Part shown: in pieces, positions 29,777 through 40,078 of the stretch
Layout: each line of letters starts with the position of its first letter
Numbering within the stretch: the first letter of the stretch is position 1
Assembly (NCBI GenBank): GCA_021776515.1
Contig: JAJFFS010000006.1
Coordinates: 39,084 to 103,083 of the forward strand
Source of the DNA: Robiginitomaculum sp.
GTDB taxonomy: Bacteria > Pseudomonadota > Alphaproteobacteria > Caulobacterales > Maricaulaceae
Direction: 5' to 3'
DNA: 64,000 nucleotides
Notes under the pieces: generated by a model
Database searches by the model: none
What the model was told of the DNA's origin: nothing
What the model saw: only the letters and a program-made list of their open reading frames with translations
Program-made: the position numbers and the translations under genes

Positions 29777-29790
29777 TTGAACCTAATCAA
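29777..29790. promoter_or_regulatory. FNR/Crp-type box TTGAACCTAATCAA upstream of the NIT-Crp/Fnr regulator
   Basis: 46-59 nt upstream of the regulator ATG at 29836. Suggests autoregulation. Confidence 0.5.
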
Positions 29791-29835
29791 GAAGTCAAAT
29801 AAATATAGGCTGCACAATGGGAGCAACGGGGCGGC

Positions 29836-31416
29836 ATGGACAGCAAGGTCACACTTGGATCAGTCACCACACCTGCCCTGTTGAAACTGGGTGAACTGGC
29901 CCATCAGTTACAGTCGGAGCGCGGTTGCACGGCGCTTTATGTAGATAGTGAAGGCGAGCTGTTTTCAGACGAATTACGCGATCAAAGAAAAAAAACAGCC
30001 ATAGCCACCAATGTACTGGCTAGCGCCTGTAATGACCCTGAACTTAAAAACAGTATCGACAATTCGACCTTTCAAAAAGTACTTGAAATTTTGGACGCTG
30101 TCCAAAACCTGGAACCCCATCGCAAACAGGTCGATAAATTTGAGCTCTCTTTTTCCAAAGCCGTCAACTATTACACCTATAAGGCCTTAAGCCCGCTTCT
30201 GGATGTGCAGATTGAAATCGCCTTGCAGGTTGAAGGCATGGTTCCGGCAACGGCAACGGCCTACGCCAATCTGTTGCAATGGAAAGAGCGGGTTGGCCGG
30301 GAGCGCGCCTGGGGTACTCATGGATTTTTTAAAGAAGCATTCAAGAACCGTGAGTTTTCAGAACGCATCCTGACATTGCTGGACGAACAAAGTTCATACA
30401 AGCGCGCATTTTTATCACTGGCAGCGGAGCCCTATCAAAATCTGGTTGAAAAACTTTTCACCGGCTATGTGATGCAGTTTGTCGAAGACCTGCACGCCAT
30501 GCTTGAAAATGAGACTGAAACCGAAGAGCTGGAGGCAATTTCACCGGTGACCTGGTTCCAGTTGCTGACTGGAAAAATGGAACGCCTGAAACTTGTTGAG
30601 ACAGAACTTGTCAATGATTTGACGGGTTTTTCCAAATCTCAAACACGCCCGGAAGCCATAACGAAGCCCGTTGCCGGAAATATAGAGCGGCACATGCCGC
30701 TGATACGCACTCTGCCTATATTTTCAAAACTGGAAGAAGCCGAAGTGTTGGCCTTGTTGTCACATGCCAATGTACAGGAATACGAAAAGGGAAAATTGCT
30801 ATTCCTGCAATCAGAGCCGCTTTCACGTTTCTATTTGCTGCTTTCCGGCTGGGTAAAATTGTTCAAAGGCTCGGACGCGGGCGATGAGGCCGTCCTGCAA
30901 ATGCTCTCGGCTGGTGACAGCGTTATGGAAGCAGCCATATTGTTGAATATTCCCTCTGCTGCCAGCGCACAAGTGGTCGAGAAAGCTACCCTGCTTTCCA
31001 TTCCGGCCCCGGTGGTGCGGCAGGTCTTGCAGGATAACAACGCCTTTGCCCTGAATATGCTGGGTAATCTTTCCATGCGCTCGCAACACCTTATTCAGCA
31101 AATTGAGCATTCCCGCCTTAGAAATGCCAGTGAGCGCGTCGGCTGGTATCTACTAAAACTGGGCATGAAAGAAGCCGACGGCAAACCAAACGCCATCCGT
31201 CTGCCCTATGATAAATCGCTGATTGCTTCCTATCTGGATATGACGCCGGAAACTTTTTCACGAACGTTGAAAAAATTCCGCACCCAGGGGTTTCGTATTG
31301 AAAACAACACCATCACCCAACCGCACCCCAAAGCCCTGTGCCAATATTGCGATGAAACCCTGGCCAGTGCCTGCAAACATAAAGATGAGCCTGACTGCCC
31401 GGGCACGTACTTGTAG
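29836..31416 (+). CDS. one-component regulator: NIT (nitrate/nitrite-sensing) domain fused to a Crp/Fnr cNMP-like domain, HTH and C-terminal Cys cluster
   Basis: 526 aa. NIT hallmarks are LAHQLQSERGCTALYV and LLQWKERVGRERAWG. The Crp effector fold is LPIFSKLEEAEVLALLSH...FYLLLSGWVKLF. The HTH has an FNR-like recognition helix MTPETFSRTLKKF. The tail is C502-x2-C505-x7-C513-x7-C521. Confidence 0.8.
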   Translation: MDSKVTLGSVTTPALLKLGELAHQLQSERGCTALYVDSEGELFSDELRDQRKKTAIATNVLASACNDPELKNSIDNSTFQKVLEILDAVQNLEPHRKQVDKFELSFSKAVNYYTYKALSPLLDVQIEIALQVEGMVPATATAYANLLQWKERVGRERAWGTHGFFKEAFKNREFSERILTLLDEQSSYKRAFLSLAAEPYQNLVEKLFTGYVMQFVEDLHAMLENETETEELEAISPVTWFQLLTGKMERLKLVETELVNDLTGFSKSQTRPEAITKPVAGNIERHMPLIRTLPIFSKLEEAEVLALLSHANVQEYEKGKLLFLQSEPLSRFYLLLSGWVKLFKGSDAGDEAVLQMLSAGDSVMEAAILLNIPSAASAQVVEKATLLSIPAPVVRQVLQDNNAFALNMLGNLSMRSQHLIQQIEHSRLRNASERVGWYLLKLGMKEADGKPNAIRLPYDKSLIASYLDMTPETFSRTLKKFRTQGFRIENNTITQPHPKALCQYCDETLASACKHKDEPDCPGTYL

Positions 31417-31580
31417 GAAGTGAATGCACTGTTAGTGGCAGTCAAATTTCATTTATGGATAATTTTAAGTAATACAATGTTACTTTCTTCCGGCTCTTTG
31501 TGATGAACTGGATGCGTCAACATCCGTTTTGAAGAACCCAAATAGCAAATACACCGGCCAAGTCTAAGTATTGAAGACCT

Positions 31581-32348
31581 TTAATGCTTCCCCTTGACCC
31601 AATTGCTGTCCCGCCCAAAAGCGCTATTCAATTCAACTACTTCCTTATCTTTTGCCCACTTATATGCTAATTTTTCACAAAGCACATATAGACTTGCGTT
31701 GTTGTTGCCTGTTGTTGGCCTCACCCCCCTGATGTAATCAGCGGCATATATAAGTTGTCGAACAAATGTTGTTCGCCAATAATCTTTATATATTTTTTCA
31801 TGGTACGCACCTTTTGCGATACCTAAGGCTATCAACTCATTCCAATTTAGCATTCGCATAATTATGGTGCGTACTTCTTGGTACTCTTTTAAAGATAGAA
31901 CCCTATTTGGCTTTTTATCACATTGGCATTCACACTTTTGATTACTCTGACATAACTCTTCACATTGGCATGAGCATTTGCATGGCCGAGTATCTAAGGC
32001 AGATTTTTGAACACCTGTTCTATCAAGGTTGTACATGCTTGGTTTTGTTGAAAACTCACCTAATCTTCCTTCATAACAAACCTGATAACGATTGAATAAA
32101 GTTAATGTTTTCAGCAAGTCAGAATCCGTTTCCATTTTAACCAAAATATCCATGGTTTCACGATTGATCGCGACATGTCGCGTTCGCATCCACAAGCCCA
32201 AAGCGGCAAACATTGTTACAAATAAAATAATATTTTGGGTGCCAAGTCCTGCCAAATTTGACCACTCGATTGGTGTTATCGCTACCAATCCACCGATAAC
32301 AGCTCCAATAAGTACACAAGCTACGGCGCTTATACTTTTATCTACCAT
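31581..32348 (-). CDS. membrane-anchored hypothetical protein (DUF4760-like C-terminal region) with a CxC-rich insert
   Basis: Two N-terminal TM helices. Insert PCKCSCQCEELCQSNQKCECQCDKK has 9 Cys in 24 aa. The C-terminal MLNWNELIALGIAKGAYHEKIYKDYWRTTFVRQ resembles my recollection of DUF4760. The start is either 32366 (MWGIFF) or 32348 (MVDK). The gene is about 33% G+C in sampled 60-nt lines. Confidence 0.55.
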   Translation of the reverse strand: MVDKSISAVACVLIGAVIGGLVAITPIEWSNLAGLGTQNIILFVTMFAALGLWMRTRHVAINRETMDILVKMETDSDLLKTLTLFNRYQVCYEGRLGEFSTKPSMYNLDRTGVQKSALDTRPCKCSCQCEELCQSNQKCECQCDKKPNRVLSLKEYQEVRTIIMRMLNWNELIALGIAKGAYHEKIYKDYWRTTFVRQLIYAADYIRGVRPTTGNNNASLYVLCEKLAYKWAKDKEVVELNSAFGRDSNWVKGKH

Positions 32349-32731
32349 AAAAAAAATGCCCCACAAGAAACATGGGGCAATAATATCATATATAAACCAT
32401 GAGGTGAAGTAAAATTCTAAGGCAACCCATAACCTTCATGTCTAATCGGTAATCCATAACCCTCACGCATATCTTACTCCTAAAGCTGTTTTTCTCTCAC
32501 TATTAGATAAGCACAATCTCATTAACAGCGTTCTAACAAGGTGCTCACAATTCATTCACGTGCGTATAAGTCCAGTTAACTCATCTTGCAACAGCATAAT
32601 CCAAAAAGTTGTATTATTTCACACCACCTTTAAACTTGCTAATATGAGGTATGTAACGATTCCCGACGCCTTAAACATAGGCACGAATTGAGGAAAAATC
32701 AAGCATTATAAGTATCCATTGTAGACTATAA

Positions 32732-33130
32732 CTACCCCCCGACCCGGAACCGGCTGCCGGTTTTCTCTAACGTTCTGCCAATCACATAGCCACCAAGGCC
32801 CATAGTCAGTAAATTCCACATACCATCAGGTATTTCCAGCACCACGGCAACGCCGCCAAAGGCCTGTACGTAAGGGGCGATGAGGTAATTATTGGCGATG
32901 ATGGCGGTGAAGGTCAGCATGGTCAGCGGTCGCCAGTTGCGTTGCATCCAGCTTGTCCCCTGCGCCTCGGCAACCAGCACATCGCGCGCCGCCTGGGTCA
33001 ACACGGTTTCCTGATCGATCAGCTTGGCCTTTATTTCCTGTTTTAGCTGGCGGCGCAGGTCTGCATCCGGCACGGCTTTATCGATGATGCCCGCAACCGG
33101 GCCGATAATGGCGCTAAGAAGTCCCATCAT
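32732..33130 (-). CDS. 3-TM holin of the gene-transfer-agent release type
   Basis: 132 aa. The N-terminal amphipathic segment GIIDKAVPDADLRRQLKQEI is followed by WMQRNWRPL and TM helices, matching the family named holin of 3TMs for gene-transfer release. It overlaps the upstream peptidase gene by 4 nt. Confidence 0.7.
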   Translation of the reverse strand: MMGLLSAIIGPVAGIIDKAVPDADLRRQLKQEIKAKLIDQETVLTQAARDVLVAEAQGTSWMQRNWRPLTMLTFTAIIANNYLIAPYVQAFGGVAVVLEIPDGMWNLLTMGLGGYVIGRTLEKTGSRFRVGG

Positions 33131-33573
33131 ATATTCTCCTCATCCTGAGCTTGTCGAAGGATTGGATAACTCTTCCAAGGCAGTTGAAAGTGTGGGCCAT
33201 CCTTGAAACTTTGCCAGTCCCCGCCCCATTCCAGCGGCACGCCCTGTTCCGCCGCAGCCATCTGCATGGCGTGGGCGATTTTCTCATACAAAGACCAGTC
33301 CCAGCGCACACCATTGCCAACCCAGGCACCCAAATCCACCGCATGGCCCGTGAGATGGCGAGAATTTAACGTGCGCGTGGCACCGGCCTGATAAAGCAGG
33401 TTTTGACGCTCTGCCGTGCGCCGCCCCTCCAGCACAGTGAAATCCACCGGGCTAAGCTGCAAGGCACGACGAACCACACAGGCCAGTTCCACATGCACTC
33501 CGGCCAGACGCTCGTTCGAGCGCGCCGAAAGCCTGAATACGTCAACGGCAACTGATTTTGATGGCTCGTCCAT
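33127..33573 (-). CDS. M15-family peptidoglycan peptidase (endolysin-like)
   Basis: 148 aa. Zn-ligand pattern RTAERQ...SRHLTGHAVDL...DGPHFQL is typical of the M15 (VanY / L-alanyl-D-glutamate peptidase) phage endolysins. Confidence 0.75.
   Translation of the reverse strand: MDEPSKSVAVDVFRLSARSNERLAGVHVELACVVRRALQLSPVDFTVLEGRRTAERQNLLYQAGATRTLNSRHLTGHAVDLGAWVGNGVRWDWSLYEKIAHAMQMAAAEQGVPLEWGGDWQSFKDGPHFQLPWKSYPILRQAQDEENI
33139..33160 (-). repeat. inverted copy of the ccttcgacaagctcagg(a/g)tgag repeat
   Basis: ctcatcctgagcttgtcgaagg is the reverse complement of the 19428-19449 motif, with 21/22 identity. It encodes the last residues (LRQAQDE) of the peptidase. Confidence 0.6.
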
Positions 33574-33683
33574 AGCTTACACCCTTTGCAAAAGTTCATG
33601 TTAGATCGTGGGCAAAGGCGTCGGATAAGTTCGCTATGTCCTTACGACTTGACGGCGGGGCGGGGCTGGTTTCCTTTGCACCC

Positions 33684-35251
33684 ATGAGCGATGAAACACC
33701 GAATCTAGCGACAGGTTTTGCCATTCCGGAACTTGCTGACTGGCGCGCTTTGGCAGATACGGCGCTAAGGGGCGCCAGCTTTGAAGACACGCTGGTGCGC
33801 CGCACAGCGAGCGGCATCGCCCGTGGCCCTTTGCGCACCAAAGTGGATGATCCAAATAGTGCGGGCAACCCCGGTGAGTTCCCGTTTGTGCGGGGTATAA
33901 ATGCGCAGTTGGACACAGCGCGACCCTGGCATATCACTCAAAGCTACAGGATGGCTGACCCGGCAGAGGCTAACATTGCCATACTGGACGATCTGGCCGG
34001 AGGCACCAGTGCGCTGCTGCTCTATCTTGACCCTGCCGGGCAAAAGGGCATTGCGGTACGCACACTGGATGACCTGCGGCGTGTGCTTCGCGGCGTTGAT
34101 CTCTCCATTGTGCCGGTGCTGTTGCAGGCAAGGCCACTAAATGCCGCCTATGCCGCCATGCTGGTTTCCTGTTTTCAATATTTTGACATGCGAACAGTAG
34201 AGGGCGGGTTGGGTTTTTCGCCGGTGGGGCAAACCATCAAACACGGCATGGATATGGCGTTGTTACCGGAAAAATTACACCGCACCGCCAGCTTTGCCCG
34301 TTGGGCCGCCGATAACGCCCCCGGTGTTGAAACGGCGATAATTACCTCCTCGCTTATCCATGAAGCCGGTGGTTCAGAAGCGCTGGAGCTGGCTTTCGCC
34401 GCTGCTGGTGGATTTGCCTATTTCAAGGTTTTTGTCGAGGCGGGCCTCAGCCCCAATGAAGCCGCAAACGCCATTATGTTCTCGCTATCGCTGGACGCCG
34501 ATGTGCCGCTGGGCATTGCCAAGCTGCGGGCGGGGCGGCGTATATGGGCACGCATCACCAGCGCTTGCGGCGCAGATGGTGCGGCCTGCGCCATGCGTAT
34601 TCATGTGGGTACATCCAAGCGAATGATGAGCCGACTTGCCCCCTACACCAACATTTTGCGCACCAGCACGGCCGCCTTTGCTGCCATGGCGGGCGGGGCG
34701 CAATATATCACTGTTGAGCCCTATGACATGGCTCTTGGTACCGATCAGCCAAAGGCCCGGCGCCTTGCCCGCAATGTGCAAATTATCCTGCAAGAGGAAG
34801 TCCGCGGCCGGGCCGTGATGGACCCTGCCGGGGGGGCTTATGCCATTGAGAAACTGACCGATGATCTGGCCCAGGCCGCCTGGGCTATGTTCCAGCAAAT
34901 TGAGCGGCGCGGCGGCCTCATCAAGGCGGCTTCATCCGGCTGGCTGGGAGAGACAGTAACGGCGCAGCGCAATGCCCGGCTGGATGCTATCAAAACTGGC
35001 AAGCATAATCTGGTTGGCGTGACAAAATATGTGCAAGAAGGGGAGCGCCTGCCCCTTTCTGTCGATCCATCACCCCCCACACCGATGCCAAAGCCAACGC
35101 CTTTTGCGACATCGTTTTCAGTAGAGAACTTTCTGGCCGCCGCCAAAGCCGGAGCACGACTGGTGCCGCCTGTGCAAGGCAATCCGCGACCTGATTTTGC
35201 CCCGACCAATTTTTGCACGCCTTTTGAAAACGTGGCCAAGGGAGAAACCCC

Positions 35252-35255
<4 letters not shown>
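33684..35255 (+). CDS. mutA: methylmalonyl-CoA mutase small (beta) subunit
   Basis: The track ORF starts at 33636; [12 protein letters not shown] at 33684 is the more likely start. It has the mutase TIM-barrel-like region without a DxHxxG B12 motif. It overlaps the large subunit gene by 4 nt. Confidence 0.8.
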
Positions 35256-37407
<2,152 letters not shown>

Positions 37408-37411
<4 letters not shown>

Positions 37412-38301
37412 TTTCCGGCGGTCAAGACGTCTTCCTTGTAAACACTAAAGTCGATGTCTTCTATTTTCATGTTGCGCAGCATGGTCCCCAGGCCAAACAC
37501 CGCCATGAGTTGTTGAAATGCGCTCATAAAAACAGGCTCGAACATATCCAGCTGGTATGTATTGACCAATTCCATGGCGATCAGAAAAAGGCTCATGCCT
37601 ATGCTGCCATAAACATGAACTTTTGCCACAGCCCCAATGTGTTTCAAACGATCCTGTGATGCCTGATAGGGGTCCATTTTTTGACCGCGAAGAAATCTGA
37701 AAATAGTGAATGCAAACAGCAGGTTGATTGCGGTGATACCAATAATCGAGACATACTGGTTCCAGACCCAGGGCACGACAAACCTGTGCGCATAGATATA
37801 AAACACCAGCCAGGCCACATAAAGAAACACAGCCAATGCAACATAAAATGGAGAAATATAATCAAACAAAACGCGGGGTTTGAGGTCGGCGCTTCGGGTA
37901 GCGTTTTGACGCGCTTCACGCATGAGTTTGTACCAGCGCCATGACGAAAATTCCAACACAATGTGCGGGACCATTTGCATCATAAAGAAAAACAATATGA
38001 AGATCATGTTTTCGGATTGCTTGATGCTGCTTGGCAAAAACCCAGACAGGGCCATGACTGCTAATAGTGTCAAACCAAAAAGGCTGATGATGCCGTTCAT
38101 CCCTGCGTACAGGCTCATCGTTTTTTTGATAGCCTTTACCGGGTCAGCATAATAGGAATTATTGTATAGCTTGGGGTATTCTGATGCAGGGTATTTCTGC
38201 AGAACATAGCGATTGCGGGCGATGGTTTTTTTTGGATAGTAAACCGAAATCAGAAAAATCTGACTCACAAACACCGCGTAAAATAAAAACTCGATCATCA
38301 T
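37408..38301 (-). CDS. polytopic membrane protein, unknown function
   Basis: The track ORF (to 38394) overlaps the GntR gene. The start [11 protein letters not shown] at 38301 lies 1 nt after the GntR stop. It has about 7-8 predicted TM helices and I recognise no motif. Confidence 0.6.
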
Positions 38302-38302
38302 C

Positions 38303-38692
38303 TTAATTTCCCTTATTTGTGTTGTTTTGCATGACATTGCCAAAGGCAATTCTGATCTCTGAATCAGTGACGCCTGCGTCTCTAACGGCCTCAACTGTTT
38401 CGCTAAGTTTGGCCAAAGCCCATTCGTTCAGATCAACGGCGCTGTTAAGCTTGGCTTCAGGGTGAATAAATGTACCGCGATAACCTTTGGTTTGAACCAC
38501 CTCATCGCGTTCCAGTAAACGGTACGCTTTGGCTACTGTTTTATTGTTCAGGTCCAGATCATTTGCTAATTGCCGGATCGAAGGCAAGGCATCTCCTGGA
38601 GACAATTTGTCTTCCAATACGGCCTTTTTGATTTGAGCAACCAATTGAGCAAATAACGGGATCTGCCCCTCAATATCGACAATAATTTCCAT
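38303..38692 (-). CDS. GntR-family transcriptional regulator, short YtrA/YhcF-like subtype
   Basis: 129 aa. The winged HTH is LSPGDALPSIRQLANDLDLNNKTVAKAYRLLERDEVVQTKGYRGTFI, followed only by a short C-terminal tail. Confidence 0.85.
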   Translation of the reverse strand: MEIIVDIEGQIPLFAQLVAQIKKAVLEDKLSPGDALPSIRQLANDLDLNNKTVAKAYRLLERDEVVQTKGYRGTFIHPEAKLNSAVDLNEWALAKLSETVEAVRDAGVTDSEIRIAFGNVMQNNTNKGN

Positions 38693-38710
38693 AAATTTAG
38701 TGACCTCAAT

Positions 38711-38734
38711 TGTACCATGTGTAGTGTGGGTACA
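38711..38734. promoter_or_regulatory. inverted repeat TGTACC-N12-GGTACA, candidate GntR operator
   Basis: 19-42 nt upstream of the GntR ATG. GT...AC-centred palindromes are the usual GntR-family operators. Confidence 0.35.
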
Positions 38735-38837
38735 ACTGGGTTATAAATTATGCAAGCAAAAATAGCAGAATTACGTGAAATCAATTCAGCACTTTTTTCA
38801 TCCGCAAGGGCGCGCCGTTTATGTAATGCACCCCAGA

Positions 38838-39098
38838 GGCAGGGCCTATTCATTACATTCAGGTTTGTTTGAAAAGAAAGATAAGATGCCCGTAAAGTCA
38901 CCCAAAGAGAGGTTACCCTCATTCGAGAAGGCTTTGCGATTCAGATTGTATTTTACTTTCAACACCGTATTCACATAACCTGTTTACAGGTTGAAAGCGC
39001 CAAAGGGTCTTGAAAATACACCATACTTCCTGCATCCCTTCTTCTGTTCAAGCAAGAAACATGCGCACGCACAATGGATGGAATGAATAGGCCCTGCC
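38838..39098. repeat. 17-bp perfect terminal inverted repeats flanking 227 bp (MITE-like element or long stem structure)
   Basis: ggcagggcctattcatt at 38838-38854 and its exact reverse complement aatgaataggccctgcc at 39082-39098. The right arm ends 4 nt before the ATG at 39103. Confidence 0.45.
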
Positions 39099-39102
39099 CC
39101 TA

Positions 39103-40062
39103 ATGTCTGAGTATTTCAAAAGCCCTTTGGGGCGTTTCTCCATACTGACCTTCAAACTTTTGGTCAGTGCTGCATTATTATATTTTATATTTACTCTGGT
39201 GGACCTGCGCGAAGCGTTGCAAGCGGCCATAGGGGCAAACCTGATCCTGTTGCTATTGGCAACATTGATACGCGGCGGTGTGTTTTGCCTGGATGCGCTA
39301 AGGCTGCACTGGATGGCTCCGGTCAGCGGGTTACCCTACCACCAGCATTTGCGCCTTGCGTTACGCGGTGCATTTTTTTCGCAAATGGGCTTCGGCTTCT
39401 TAACAGGTGATGCCTATCGAGCCGTTGGTTATGCCAAAGGTACGGGCAGTTTATCCGCACCTGCCGCGCACCTTCTTGCAGCGCGCCTTGCCGGAATTGC
39501 CATGACGGCACTCATTGCCTTAACCGCCGCTTTATTCCTCATCATCACAAAAAGTGAGGCCTTGCACGGGTTTGCCCTGCAAGTCGGGTATGGGGTGGCA
39601 ATCGTTGGCATGGTCAGTCTTGGTCTTTTGTGGGTTATGTTCAAAATTTTACCGCGCCATGTCCCTGCTTCGGTACAGGACGGCCTGGCCCACGGTGCTG
39701 AGGCACTAAAAAGCCTAAGCCCGCGAATATGGCTACTTAGCTTGCTGGTTATCCTCTTGCGTGGAATTTCCCTGTGGTTGATTTTTGTCGCCCTGCACCA
39801 GACGGTATCTTATTTTATACCTCTACTGGCCAGCGTAACAGGAACACTGGTGACTTTATTACCATTGGCCTTTGGTGGACTTGGGCTGCGCGAAGGGGCC
39901 ATCGCCGGTGTTGCCTCACTGTTTGGTATGCCAGCAGCACTGAGTGTCAGTGCGGCAATTTTGCTGCGCATGGCCGTCGTTAGCGCCGCCTCAGCGGGTC
40001 TTGTGGTCAGTCTTTTTCTACCAGAAATTCCACACAAGAAGCCGGAAAAAGTAATAAAATAA
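39103..40062 (+). CDS. UPF0104 / lysylphosphatidylglycerol-synthase-TM-like (flippase-like) membrane protein
   Basis: 319 aa with about 8 TM helices. The N-terminal KLLVSAALLYFIF and C-terminal PLAFGGLGLREGA pattern is typical of this family. Confidence 0.55.
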   Translation: MSEYFKSPLGRFSILTFKLLVSAALLYFIFTLVDLREALQAAIGANLILLLLATLIRGGVFCLDALRLHWMAPVSGLPYHQHLRLALRGAFFSQMGFGFLTGDAYRAVGYAKGTGSLSAPAAHLLAARLAGIAMTALIALTAALFLIITKSEALHGFALQVGYGVAIVGMVSLGLLWVMFKILPRHVPASVQDGLAHGAEALKSLSPRIWLLSLLVILLRGISLWLIFVALHQTVSYFIPLLASVTGTLVTLLPLAFGGLGLREGAIAGVASLFGMPAALSVSAAILLRMAVVSAASAGLVVSLFLPEIPHKKPEKVIK

Positions 40063-40078
40063 CCTAAGGCCAAAAACG

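Noticed and set aside
33596-33937. A 113-aa minus-strand ORF upstream of the endolysin that could have been a third lysis-cassette gene (spanin-like).
   Set aside because: It overlaps the mutA 5-prime region on the opposite strand and has no TM segment or lipobox. Its composition is Ser/Ala/Arg-rich shadow-like.
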